Positions 48,434 through 61,827 of a stretch of 64,000 nucleotides of DNA are shown here, in pieces. This DNA is from Somniosus microcephalus. Its lineage: Eukaryota. Position 1 is the first letter of the stretch, and every line of letters starts with the position of its first letter. Made by a program: the position numbers and the translations under genes. The DNA is taken from positions 32,488,001 through 32,552,000 of the forward strand of contig CM126233.1 in the NCBI GenBank assembly GCA_052327205.1, read 5' to 3'. The notes beneath the pieces were generated by a model, which searched no databases, was not told the origin of the DNA, and saw nothing but the letters and a program-made list of their open reading frames with translations.

Positions 48434-51400
48434 CAAGAGAGGTAGAGGGAAAAATTAGACCCTGCCCTCCCGATAATATGGAATCATGATGCAGTGCAGG
48501 CATCAGTAGTGAATGGAAAATACCAGTCATTCAAAAAATTCTATTTCCACTTTAGTTATGCCATTTTCTAGTGCACAAAAGCCAGCCATACAGAAACATG
48601 GTCTGTTTTCAATTCATCTATTTTTTACGTTTTTTAAGCTCATACCCTAGTACCTTTTGAAGAAGAAAAAATTGCAGGGATATGGGGAAAGAGCGGGGGA
48701 GTGGGACTAGCTGGCTTGCTCTTCGAAAGAGCCGGCGCAGACTCGATGGGCCGAATGGCCTCCTTTTGTGCTGTACTATTCTGTAGGGCAGTCAGACCAT
48801 CTCTGCCAATCTAGCTTAGCAACTGATGGCTTTGGTTTCCTCACAATCCCGCACGTCTCCCACGATAGCCTCTTCTCTTGCTTGTAAAGCACGCCAAGAC
48901 AGGAGAATGAGAGTGCTTTAAAAATGCAAGTTGATGTAGGTGGTGGGTGCGAGTGGTTGGTGGACAGGAGGAGGAGGGAGGAGAGGGTTAGTCTGATTTT
49001 CGACTAGTGGAGAGCGTGCCTGGCCTTAGTGCAGTGCCTCCCCATTGCCCAGAACAGAGACTGAGTACCTGGAGAGAATATCAGGGCGCTGTGGTACTGC
49101 ATGGGTCGATTTGGGGAGACGGGGTTGGGTATGGATATCACATCTGTATATCGACCTTTGTTGCTCGATAGATTCAAAGTGAATTTAGAACAAATAAAAC
49201 TGAGGCAAAAATTAATTAGTTCTGCATGTTAAAATTTTAAACGAAATATGAAGTAAGATAATTGCATTTCCTTTGTACAATAGCTGCATTTTATCTATAC
49301 TGGATCTGTACATGTTATTCGGAGTGACAGCTTGAGGTGCCTTCCATAAATAAAACCGAAACCTAGTCACTTAGTGCTGCTAGATGGCAAGTTTATTTGC
49401 TTTCAAAATCCCCCATTTAAAAGGACAATAATCTAAGTAAATTTACAAAGTTTCAACTTTCAGTGCTGAAATGTATCTTGCTTTATGTGCTGACTTAGAA
49501 ATGTTCAGTGGTTAGTGTGGAAGACATCTGAACTTAATGTTTGTATAAAGTTGATTCATCTCTATGTCTAAAGGTCAGCTAAAAATGGAGACTTTCAAAC
49601 AACACAGATTTATATGTAAAATAAGTGTCTATCAGCTTAATGATGATCTTGTATATTCTCTCCTTTCCCCCGCCATTTCTTCTAACATTGCTAAAGTGTT
49701 TATTGTTCAGTCTTTAGTTCTAATGAAGGGTATACACCTGAATTTCCACAGCCTTGTGTCTTCTCAGATGCTGTATGATCTGCTAAGTATTTCTAGCATC
49801 TTTTAATTTTATTTTATACATTTAGAAACAGTGCTTTTCATGTAATGGACTGCCCCAAGGTGCCACAGGAGGAGCAATACATACTGAGCAGGAAGCAGGA
49901 CAGAAGTTAGTGATGACCAAAACTGTTTATATGGACTGATGGAGCTTAGCAGACAAATGGGAATTATTGTAGGGAATAGCATTAAGTCCAAATTGCAACG
50001 GGCTTGAAATTTTGTTTGAACATGTCCAGATCATTCTTGAATGAAAAGTGCTGGAATTGAAGAGTGTAACTCATTAGATCGCAAACATCCTGTACAACGG
50101 AGTGCTGGACACAGTTACAACTACTCCAAGCCACGAGTGGCACTGAACCAAAGCTAGGAGCTTGCCCACAAGGAAGGGGGGAGAGACTGGAGGAGGAGTC
50201 ACTCTCATGCACCTTCAAGCAGAGCCAAAGTATGTGTCATCCATACAACCGACCAGCACAGCAATTAAGATCTGGCTTTGAATTTAATATTCATGCACTG
50301 TGGGTGGGGCAGGTCACATCAAATAAACCCCAACAGAGGCCCATATCGTCATTCAATTTAGCAGAGGGGGAGTCCTCTAGGACATTTTTAATCCATTTGT
50401 ATTGTAGATATATTTGGAAGTTGGGTGCTACTTATTCCAAGCCACTGTAAACACCATTCAATAACTGGCCATTAGCTGTTGGGTAACAGTATCTAGGTGG
50501 CTTCAATCTCTATTTGTTTTTTCCCTTCCTGTGGGGAAGTGTGCAGTTTCCAACCGGCACACCATCAGATGCAGCACAGTTGAGATTGGTAACTTAATGT
50601 GTGGGCAGCAGAAGATACAAATCTCTGTTGTACCACTCCATGGTGCAGCTGTGTTAGAGCTTCACTGTGTTCTCTACATATTCGGTTTTCCTGAAGCACC
50701 CCCAAGTACACTTATCCAGCCGTCTCCTATTCTCATTCATTCTTATCGCGACGGTAAACCTGTGGAACTCCGTTCCGCTCTCAGTCTTTCCTTCTTCCTA
50801 CAAACTACAAGCTTTTAAGAGTCAAATTGATGTCAACTTCTTGACTTATCTTATCTTTATTTTTCAGCTTTGGTGGTGGCCCTGTTCCCTCGGGTCCCCA
50901 AAAGGAAACTGGGGCAATGTAGAGTAGTCTGAACTTGTTCCACATCACCTTATGGACAATAATTTTCTCCAAATAATAATACTGCCGAAAAGATGTCAAA
51001 TTTTGGGTTATGGTATGAAAATAGACAAAACTGGAATCGCACAGCAGGCCAGTCAGCATCTGTGGTGATCACAGACCACAGTCAACGTTTCGGGCTCGTG
51101 ACCCACTTCAGAACTGAAAGACAAGCGATGAATAAACATTTTAATAGAACCAATAAAGGGGAGAGGGGAGAAAACAAACAGAGAGGAGGCATCAATGGAA
51201 CGATTGTTGGTGATGGAACAGATCACCTCAGTCAAGTAAAATGGACAGAAGCATTAAACAAATTAAAAACATTAAAGAAACAAAGGGTTTATGAGTGGCC
51301 AAGGCAGTGGGAGGTTTAAGATAAAGGTGACAAAATAGGAGAGGTGGAAAGTATGGAAAATCTTGAGGACCAGGTATAAAATGATCCCAGTTTGAAATTA

Positions 51401-51789
51401 GTAGAGAAGCAGGCAAAGTACAGCGGGTCCACCAGCTCCGAAGAGAGAAAGTTCAGGTCAACAAGGAGGGCACAGACACTGCCTCTCCCCTTCCCTCCGG
51501 CCAGCATGGTGTTTAGATTAGGGCAATCAAAAGAGTGATTGCATATTGAGGAAATCAAAGAAAACAGAACATGGGCTAATCTAATGTGATTGAAACTGAC
51601 TGTAAGCAGCATCGCAGTTCCTGCCATTTTGTTGAGTATTCGATGCCTTGCAATTCTAACTTCAAAAGAAGAATTAAAGCAGCAAAAGCTGTTTAAATTG
51701 CCAAAGTTGTACATTTTCAACTCTGCATTGCTTCAGCTTTATATTGGTTGTGTTATACTGATAAAAGCTAAATAAAATGATCCATTCTC

Positions 51790-52695
51790 AACAACAACCA
51801 CCTGTATTTATATCACAGAAATCACAGAATCACAGAAACCCCACAGTGCAGATAGAGGCCATTTCGGCCCATCGAGCCTGCACCGACACATATCCCACCC
51901 GATCCCCGTAACCCCTACACCAACACATATCCCACCCTATAACCCCACATATTTTAATCCCCCTAACACTAAGGGTCAATTTATCATAGCCAATCAACCT
52001 AACCTGCACATCTTTGGACTGTGGGAGGAAACCGGAGCACCCGGAGAAAACCCACGCAAACACGGGGAGAATGTGCAAACTCCACACAGACAGTCACCCG
52101 AGGCCGGATTCGAACCCGGGTCCCTGGCGCTGTGAGGCAACAGTGCTAACCACTATGCCACCGTGCTTTTATAGTGCCTTTAAAGTAGCAAAACGTCCCA
52201 AGGCGCTTCTCAGGAGCGATTATCACACAAAATCTGACACCGAGCCACTAAGGAGATATTAGGGCAGGTGACCAAAAGCTTGGTCAAAGAGGTAGGTTGT
52301 AAGGAGCGTCTTAAAGGAGGAAAGAGAGGTAAAGAGGCGGAGAGGTTTAGGGAGGGAATTCCAGAGCTTAGGTCCTCGGCAGCTGAAGGCACGGCCACCA
52401 ATGGTTGAGCGATTAAAATCAGGGATGCTCGGGAGACCAGAATTAGAGGAGCACAGATATCTCGGAGGGCTGGAGGAGATTACAGAGATACGGAGGGGCG
52501 AGGCCATGGAGGGATTTGAAAACAAGGATGAGAATTTTAAAATCGAGGCGTTGCTTAACAGGGAGCCAATGTAGGTCAGCGAGCACAGGGGTGATGGGTG
52601 AATGGGACTTGGTGCGAGTTAGGACACGGGCAGCAGAGTTTTGGATGACCTCAAGTTTATGGAGGGTATAACCTGGTAGGCCAGCCAGGAGCTTG
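51790..52695 (-). mobile_element. L2 3' fragment split by a V-SINE
   Basis: LLAGLP...QNSAARVLTRTK...LHWLPVKQRLDFKIL...PKLWNSLP. Confidence 0.88.
51813..52167 (-). mobile_element. V-SINE (HE1-like), full length, with 6-bp TSD tttata
   Basis: Near-identical to the 41687 copy; tttata at 51807-51812 and 52168-52173. Confidence 0.88.
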
Positions 52696-53149
52696 AAGTT
52701 TAAAACAATTGGACTCTCCAAACTGTTTGGGGGTCTCTGATTGAGCTTTTTCACGGTTTCCTCTCGCTTTCCCTGGAGGTGCCGACTCGGGCTGGGGTAG
52801 GGTCCCATGGGTGCCAGCAGCTGTTCAGTATCTTGGCCAATGCGTGGGCATCAGGAGACTAATCAACGACAGGGGGCACTACAGTTGAGCCTAGCAGGGT
52901 TCCTGCAGCGAGAGCCCTGATCAATGTTTCGTCTCACTAGTTGCAGGGCGCTGGTAACTGTACTGTCCCAACTGCTGCTCTTGCTGAGAGCAACTAACCT
53001 AGTTGAGATGGTTCAGTCCCTCGCTGGGCAGTGCTTTTACCAACGATCAGCGGAGCTATCTTTTATTTGCTCTCTGTTGGTTTATAGCTGCTTAGTTCTG
53101 TGATGTCTAAGCGTTAGACTCATCAGTTCCCAAAATTTGAAAAATGAGC

Positions 53150-54090
53150 TAGCCACATTATTCTTTAATAACTGGGTACAGCAGGGATATGAAAAAATGC
53201 TGCTCATGGTTGCCAGCTGAGATCAAGGGCTATGCAGCCAGTACCTTGCAACACTTTTACAAATTAACAATATGCATTTTGTTTCTTAATGAATATGCAA
53301 AGGACACCAATTCCCACCGTGGTCATTCTTACAAACTTAATTCCTGTCCTGAACAAAAGTGGATTCATCTGTCATTCCAGTAATTTAATCATTTCAGCTT
53401 CATCCAATTATCCAATATAATATGCAAATGAAATGAACAATTGCCGTTGCATACTAATTGCGTTCATCAGAATAATTAAATCAGAGCAGAGTGGAACGTG
53501 TAACTGAACTATCGTAAAACCCAAGCAGGTTCTTTAATTAAGGCTACAAAAATTTAATTAGGAACCGTAATCTGCCCTTAAAGTGCTGAAAAACTCCAGC
53601 ATGATAAGGGACATTACTCTTATTACAGAGTTTTCCCTTCTGAGTCCACACTCGGCATCATGGGACCTCTTTCACTTGGCTAAAAGACAACCAACTGTGG
53701 CAGATTGCAGCCAACTGCCAGCTCAGTGGAGCATGCTTACAAGCTAATTATGCAGTGCTCCAAACCTGCTGGCACAATAATCCTTGGGCTACTGTGTGAT
53801 TTCAGGCTCTGCTACCTTACAACAAACCCATCATAAGTTGCATGGAAAGGAATTCTTTGCGAGATATATTAGGCCTATTAGTTGTGTTATGAGGACTGTG
53901 AATGGCGTCATTTCCAAAAATTTAGTAAGTACATTGTCATTGGGATGGAAAAAAAGGCCCGTTCATCTTGCTTACTTATTCATCTTGTGCAGAAATCTTG
54001 AGTTCCACAGCAAAATATTACTGAACGTCTTGATGAGATTACAGCAGTGTAATCAATTCTAAATATAATTTATGCATTAAGTAATTCACT
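53150..54090. promoter_or_regulatory. Candidate neural enhancer / conserved non-coding element in SCAPER intron
   Basis: Repeat-free; clustered paired-type homeodomain sites (53381, 53473, 53550), octamer ATGCAAAT (53422) and SOX AACAAT (53436). Confidence 0.5.
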
Positions 54091-54094
54091 AAGC

Positions 54095-55255
54095 ATCCCT
54101 TTACTCTCCAAAGTCCTTGAAGGTGTTGTCATCTCCCAACTCCTTGCCCAAATCACCCACAACTGCCTGTTTGAATCTCTCCAATTAGGTTTCCACATCT
54201 CCTGCAGCACTGAACCCAATGGCACAAATTACATTCTCGGTGACTGTGTTGCATTGTCCCTCCTTGTCCCCCTCGGCCTTTCAGCGGCCTTTCACATGGT
54301 CGACCATGCCATCCTCCTCCAATGTCTCTCCTCCGTAGTCTAGCTCGGTGGGATTACCTTTACTGGGCTTTACTCATCTGTTCATAGCCAGACCATATGC
54401 AGCAATGGGCTTCGCTTCCAGTCTTCACACCGTTATTCTGGAGTCCCTTAAGGATCTATCTTTGACCCCCTCCTCTTCCTCATCTACATGCTTCCCCTTG
54501 GTGACATAATCCACAGACATATTGTCAGGGTCCACTTATAACCTGGTGACACCCAGCTCTGTGTTGTCAGACTGCTTGTCCAACATCTAATCTTGGATAA
54601 GCCACAATTTAATCCAGCTAAATACTGGGAAGATCAAAGTCATCGTCTTCAGCCCCAGCCACAAAATCTGTATCCTTGACAATGACGCCACCCCCCTCCC
54701 CAATCACTGTCTCAGGTTGAACCAGGTTGCTTGCAACCTCAGCATCCTTTTCGACCCTGAGCTGAGCTTCCAACCCCAAATCCTCTGCATCACAAATACT
54801 GCTTAGCTCCATCATGTAACATCGCCTGCCTCCGCACTTGCCTCGGCCCAATTACTGCTGAAACTCTCCTCCATGCCTTTGTCAGCTCCAGATTTGCCTG
54901 TTCCAATGTTCTCCTGGCCAGCCACCCATTCTTCAACCCTTCGTAAACTTCAGCTCATCCAAAACACTGTTGTCTGTATTCTATCAAGTCCCACTTGCCC
55001 ATCACCCTGTACCCTCTGATCTATGTTGGCTCCCGGTCACTCAATTCATCAAATTTAAATTTTTTATCCCTTCATGACTTTCCCTCTGTAACCTCTGCCA
55101 GCCCTACAATTCCTGCCCCCCGCCAACACCCCCCCTCGCCGGAGAACTCTCCATTCCTCTGACTCTGGCCTCGTGCAGCCCCCCTCCTTTCACCCCAACA
55201 CTGGCAGCTGTGCCTTCAGCTGCCTCGGCCCAATGCTCTGGAACGCCCTCCCTAA
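54095..55255 (+). mobile_element. Old L2 LINE fragment (RT region to near the 3' end)
   Basis: Degenerate LSAAF.MVDH, SGVP*GSIFDPLLFLIYMLPLG, LNTGKIK and LWNALP motifs. Confidence 0.8.
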
Positions 55256-55882
55256 TTGAAACCGAATAGCAAGATGTCACCTCCAGTGACTTCTGTTATC
55301 ATCAAGGACAGTAAAAGTGCCCAACAAAAACCTCAGAATATCTAAAGCAGACCTGAAACTTGTGACACTTATGCTGGATGTGGTAAAATAAAAATATATT
55401 TTCTCAAATACAGAACTAAAACCATATTTTAATTTAAAAAAAATTGGTACCCTGGTGTCAAATTAATTTACACTACCGAGTGGCTTAGCAACACCGGAAC
55501 AACCGCTTATTGTGGCTTTTAAAAAATAATTCTAGAGATGTGGACATCGCTGGTAAGGCTGGCCTTTATTGCCCACCCCTAGCTGCCCTCGAGAAGGTGA
55601 TGGTGGGCCGCCTTCTTGAAACGCTGTGTCGTGAACGTGCTTCCACAATGCTAGGTAGGGAAATTCAGGATTTTGACCCAGCGTGCTGCAGTATCTAAAG
55701 GATGCACTGTAGTAACGGAGCAAGCTAACTTCGACGTCACCTCCCAGCCTTTAAGCTCGAACACCGGAGAAGAACAAGAACAGAAATATCATGAGAACAC
55801 CAAGTCCCACATCACCCTGTCTTGGACACAGATCATTGTTCTTTCATGATCGCTGGTTCAAAATCCTGGAATGCCCCACCTA

Positions 55883-56310
55883 AAAGAAAGAAAGATAGAT
55901 TTGCATTTATATAGCGCCTTTCATGACCACTGGACATCCCAAAGTGCTTTACAGCCAATTAAATACTTTTTGAAGTGCAGTCACTGTTGTAATGTAGGAA
56001 ATGTGGCACCCAATTTGCGCACAGCAAGCTCCCACAAACAGCAATGTGATAATGACCAGATCATCTGTTTTAATGACGTTGGTTGAGGGATAAATATTGG
56101 CCCAGGACACCAGGGATAACATCACTTCTCTTCTTTGAAATGGGATCTTTTCTGTCCACCTGAGAGAGCAGACGGGGCCTCGGTTTAACGTCTCATCCGA
56201 AAGACGGCACCTCCGACAGTGCGGCACTCCCTCAGCACTGCACTGGGAGTGTCAGCCTAGATTTTTGTGCCCAAGTCTCTGGAGTAGGGACTTGACACCA
56301 CAACCATCTA
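55883..56310 (-). mobile_element. DeuSINE, near full length
   Basis: Tail, Deu domain and part of the head match the 30338 copy. Confidence 0.85.
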
Positions 56311-59159
56311 ACACGATCATGATAGCAGTGTCAACACAAGGACTGCAATGGCTCAAGGAGAAGACCCATCACCTTCTCACAACAACCAGGAGTGGGCAAT
56401 AAATGTAGCCTTGCGTGTGTCACCCACATCCCACAAATAAATACAAAAACCACAGCTGCTACAAGATGCGTTCATGACATTTAACATTCTGGATGCCAGA
56501 ATAAAACAACAGAGCTGTCAGCAAGCATGCCAGCATCAGAGATTTACCTTTGCTCTTGGTGGCACTTTGTCTCTGGAGGAAATGACAAAATTCACCTTGC
56601 AAGACTGTATGTTCCCTCTCTCCGGAGATGTACATCCTGCCTCATTTACATGACACTTTGACCACAAAGGCAGTGCTGTAATACAATTGTATTGGTAGAA
56701 AACTCTATAGAGAGACTGGTGTAATGACGTTCAACTCAAAATATGTTACCTTGTCTTTGTGCTGGATAACTAAAAACAAAGCGTTCCACCTTCAGTATTT
56801 TGCTAACTTCCCTTATAGTTGCCAGCAAACAGATGGTTTTCCATTGCATACCATCTTCAAAAATACAGCTGCCACACCAACAAACACACATTATACAGAT
56901 GGTCAACACTGAAATGGAAATTATAGCACAATTATAGCCATATTAATACACAAATTCTATATTAATAAACACATTTGTGTAGACAGCAGGCAATAATAGG
57001 ATAAGGATTCAATCTCATGATTCCCCACATGGCAAACTCCTAATTGGGACAAATTATTCGGGTGCGAGCATCTTCCTGATTGTGAAATGATAAAAGAGGG
57101 AGCAAAAACCACTCTACGGACAAGACAGCTTGAAATTGAAGGACTAATAGCAGAACGTGGAAGTGAAAGCCGGCACTGGTTGAAAGACAAATCAATGTAA
57201 GAGTAAAAACTTACTTGCTGTACTTTATAAATCCAAGTGTTTGTTGGAAGTGGTTGGGAATCATTGTACAGCAAGCATCAAATGGCTTTAGAATGGGATC
57301 ACTGATCCACAGTTCACCCACACTGGTCGCTTGCAAAAGGTATTGGCCTTAACCCAGCAGCCTGGGGTTGTTATCAAGCTCTTGTTGTAATATGGTGATT
57401 GTTGGGCATGCTGATGCCCTGCTGGATTATTTATCACTTCTGAAATGACGACGTCATAAAGGGCTCCTTTTATTTTTTGGACTCTTCTTGGCTGATGCAC
57501 CTATATTGCTGAAAACCAGAGGAAGTTCCTCATTAAGCAGCTTAATGGTCTATTTTGATATTACATTTGGAAAGCTTTGAAATATGAACCTGGCTTTTTG
57601 CTTCAAACATACCCTGAGCTTAAAATAACAGAAAATGCTAGAACTGCACAGTGAAAGGAGGAGGAATTGGTAAAAAAAAGTTTACTTGTCTGTCCATTCA
57701 ATACGGACTTTTTCAATATTACTTGAAGGTGGCCTCCCCTGATGCCTCAGCTGATAAACACACTGCCTAATGGTGCAGGACTCAGCTATACAAACCAAGA
57801 AGGTGGCAGGCTTGATTTCTGGCCTGTGTTGAGTAAGTGGATCTCAATGGGGAGCTATGATTGTTTTTCCCCAGTCCCTAGCACAAAGTCAAAGTTAACG
57901 TTTGCACTCCTGATCACTACCCAATGACTCTTGTTGGAAAGTACTCAGCTGTAGACATCAAGTGAGAACAGGATTGGGCTTGTGATACTATGGAATATTT
58001 TTCTAACCTCCTCACCAAAAAGTGCCAACTCATGCTGAGTTACTGTTCCATGGTCTATGGTTGTTCCGCTCTACCCTTACCCATGGCCATTCTTCATGTG
58101 GCAGCCTAGACAATGAGAGCTGTTTGACCATGGGAGACATCCCAGCCAAGCCCACTCCTCACCCGATATTCACACATGCACTCTTCCCACCAGGGGTCTT
58201 TAGATAACACACTACCTAGATAGTGATCAGGAGTGGGAACCCTGGCTGTTTCTTACTCCATAACCACAAAGACCAACTGTAGAGCCCTAACTGCTGCCCC
58301 AGACCAGCTAACTCAATGTAGAAGGCCATGGGGGGCATTTCCCATGAAACCATTGGGATAACTCTCAGAAGACTATATAAAATCTATAATTTCTGAAGAG
58401 CTTTGGAACAGATACCTTTAATGTCTCAAAACAAGTAGTTACTGGTAAATATGCAACGGAAAATAAGCCGTGCATCGACCAAAATCTTAAGTCATGTTGC
58501 AAAAGCAAATCTGTGAAATTAATAGAATTAATCAAATGCAGAAATTTCTGGGACAAATATACATATTTCTTCAACATAAATTAACAGGTTATGGTGTTTT
58601 AAAAGATGTGGAATAAAAATTGCTAACATTTAAGTATAATCTTCCTCAGAATGTTCTTTGATCTTTTCTTTTACACTGTTAAAAATTCTTCTGAACAGAC
58701 ATGCTAATCTGGGGCAAGAACACGGTGTGCTCTATTTTCAAACGCTAAAATGACAGGACTCCATTTCCCAGTGTTTCCCATCATTCATTCTGTGTTAAAA
58801 CAGCTCACTGATGAATTAATCCTGTCAGAAACCATGACATGTTTTAAAAACACTGACCATCAAAGAGCACAAGTGTACCAGTGTAAAAGGGGTCATGTCT
58901 GACCAGCCTCCCTCCCCTCCCAAAAAAGGAGCGATGAAAACCGAGACAAAGACAAATGGATAGAATGTAATCATGAAAGGAGGGAGCCGGAAAAGAAAAA
59001 ACATCCGTCTCATCTCTCCTGATTTGCTTATCTATCCCAAGGCAATGGTCATAGAAACTGGACTGTAGCCTAGCTCATGGATTGAGGAAGATGTGTGATA
59101 CTGAGGGGTCTAGAAGGGAGGGGAAGTGACGTGGAAAAAACAGCATTGTATAGTTGTGT

Positions 59160-59620
59160 TGACATCAATTTACATTTATATAGCACCTTTAACATAACAA
59201 ACGCCTCAAGGTTCCTCACAGTTGGACGAGTCAAACCCCCAGAATGTGCAGAAGGGAAACTGAGAGAAGCGGCTGAAGGCACCATGGAACATGTCGGTTT
59301 TAAGGAGGGTTTTGAAAGTGGGGAGAGATCTTTCAAGAGAGAGGAGTTTAACAAGAGAGTTCCAGAGTGTGGGGGCAAGATGGCTGATGGCTCTGGCACT
59401 GATGGTGGAACAGGGGATGGACAAATGCAGATAGGCCAGAGTTGGAAGAGCCGAGGAGTAAGCACGGGCACAAGGCTGGAGGAGGTTGCAGAGGTAGGGA
59501 ACGGCAAAGCCACAGAGGGGTTTGTTGGAGCGTTGCAGTTGATACACTGAGATGTGGAGCCATTGGAGGCAGGCGAGGCCAGGGGTGATAAACAAATGGG
59601 ATTTTGTGCAGAATAGGACT
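59160..59620 (-). mobile_element. Divergent L2 3' fragment
   Basis: LQWLH...PYLCNLLQP...RAISHLAPTLWNSL...FKTLLKTDMF. Confidence 0.75.
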
Positions 59621-60120
59621 GTGGGTGTATATACACAAGGTAGTTAGGGGAAAAGAACACAGGTTTGCTAATGCTTCTCTGTGATGATGGATTGGTGTGT
59701 CAATCACTCAATGAAGAAAAGAGGTTGTTCCATAGACCTGGGATCAAATGTCCTTGTAATTATTCATCCCAGAACTCAATCACAGCCCACTGCATGTTGG
59801 GTGAAATTCACCAAGCATAACTTTTTAAAGTGGATCATTACTTTGAAGTAAAAAATTAAACACTCCATCTCCAATTCACCTGTGATTCGTTGTACTTGTT
59901 GATTAAACTGGAATTTTAAAAAAAATGTCTACGATATAATGGTATGGACAAGGTGAATCCAAGACACTACTTCAAGGCAAGCCTCAACAGCAGGGCAAGG
60001 CGGCCCAGGTTTAAATTGGCAAACGGCAAATGTCGGAAAGTTTTTCACATAAAAAGTGATCAGCACAGGGAAAGGTAATACACTGCAGTCAAAAATTATG
60101 AGTCATTCAGGAGACAATTA

Positions 60121-60268
60121 GACCTCTTTGACCAAGCTTTGGTCACCTGTCCTAATATCTCCTTATGTGGCTCGGTGTCAAATTTTGATTGATAACGCTC
60201 CTGTGAAGCGCCTTGGGACGTTTTTACTACGTTAAAGGCGCTATATAAATGCAAGTAGTTGTTGTTGC
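60121..60268 (+). mobile_element. L2 3' tail
   Basis: ctttgaccaagctttggtcacctgtcc...aaaggcgctatataaatgcaag. Confidence 0.8.
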
Positions 60269-60439
60269 TGTAATGGAGGGCTGTAGGCTTTTCTGTATGG
60301 ATGGGTTAAGGTGGGCTGAATTTACCCCGTGGTAGGTAAACATGCAGCAAGTTTGTGAATGAGCCATCGCGCTCAAGAATAATCATGTCTCGATTATCAT
60401 CTGGCTGAAACGGTTTGTGCCAAACCCAAGCCCACACTA

Positions 60440-60555
60440 ATACAATAGTAAAATACTGCTGACGAAGGGTCACAGACCTGAAACGTTAACTTTGTTTCTC
60501 TCTCCACGGATGCTGCCTGGCTTGCTGAGTGTTTCCAGCATTTTCTGTTGTTATT
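60440..60555 (+). mobile_element. PLE-derived mini-element with hammerhead core and 14-bp TSD
   Basis: CTGACGA-A-GGGTC(ACA)GACCT-GAAA-CGTT at 60459; TSD ccaagcccacacta at 60426-60439 and 60556-60569. Confidence 0.8.
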
Positions 60556-61364
60556 CCAAGCCCACACTACCCCACTCAGGGAAAGTAGAAACACCCAGAG
60601 CTTGTCTATCACTACTATTATTTTTCATTAGTTATTACAATTATTTGGTTACTTGCTACTCAATATTTACACAAACTAAAAAAATCCACAATATAATTAA
60701 TGAATATATCATTTTTTTCCAGGGAGACACTTGAAATAATATTGTTTATATAAAATGTTAATACATCAAATAAAAATGTTCCACCTATTCACTTTCTAGC
60801 AGGGGTAAATGAATGGCGATCGAGAAAAATATCCCAACAGTTTGCTTCCATTCTTGCCTTGGCCTCTTCTGATGGGAAAATAGAGAGGAACAGTGGGAAA
60901 GAAACAGGGAGCATCCAGGAAGTAGTTTCTACAGTCAGCAGGAATAGTCTGATTGTGATCTGGCAGTTCTAAGAAGAATTACATGTTGAAACTTTTTTCT
61001 TTACCCTGTAACTGGGGTGGGAAGTACTGACACAACTGATTGTTAACAAATTCTAAAGCACACAAGATGAAAAGGAAACAAAAAGGTGAGGGGGAAATTA
61101 AAGTTGTTATCTGAAAGATCAAGGGAAACATATTACCAATGGAGTTGTCATAGATGTAGAACCTATCCATGGCAGGTCTAAACTATGTGTTAGTCTGGCA
61201 CAGCAACCAGCGAGTGTGAAGCAACATAAAATCTAAATGTAAAAAATCTAAAAGGGGACAGCCGCGAGTATTTCGTATGTTTGTGCTTTCCCCCCCGTCC
61301 CCTATAATTTTCTTTCTTTCTCTTCTGAGGGTTCCAACACATGTGGAATGTATTTACATAGAAT

Positions 61365-61765
61365 GATATCGAATTTACAGCACAGAAACAGGCCATTCGG
61401 CCCAACAGGTCCATGCCGGTGTTTATGCTCCACACGAGCCTCCTCCCACCCTGCTTCATTTAACCCTATCTGGATAACCTTCTACTCCTTTCTCCTTCAT
61501 GGACTAATCGAGCTTCCCCTAAAACGCATCTTTGCTATTCGCTTCAACTACTCCCTGTGGCAGCAAGTTGCACATTCTCACCACTCTCTGGGTAAAGATG
61601 TTTCTCCTGAATTCCTTATTGGATTTATTAGTGACTACCTTATACTTACGGCCCCTAGTTTTGGACTCCCTCATAAGTGGAAACATCTTCTCTACGTCTA
61701 ACTTATCAAACCCATTAATAATTTTAAAGACCTCTATTAGGTCGCCAGTCAGTCTTCTAGTTTCA
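61365..61765 (-). mobile_element. CR1 3' fragment
   Basis: RRLTGDLIEVFKII...RRNIFTQRVVRMCNLLP. Confidence 0.85.
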
Positions 61766-61827
61766 ACAAGCAACATCTGGTACCTCACCCAAGTGGCCAT
61801 GACTAAGCAGAGACACTGAGTATCAAT

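Noticed and set aside
51079-51116. Additional active hammerheads (also near 35780, 40600 and 49720)
   Set aside because: Catalytic-core nucleotides are mutated; these are old degenerate PLE copies.
57215-57439. Possible 225-nt SCAPER poison exon (CAG acceptor, GTAAGT donor, immediate stop in phase 0)
   Set aside because: Poor polypyrimidine tract and no homology; chance splice-like motifs are expected in a long intron.
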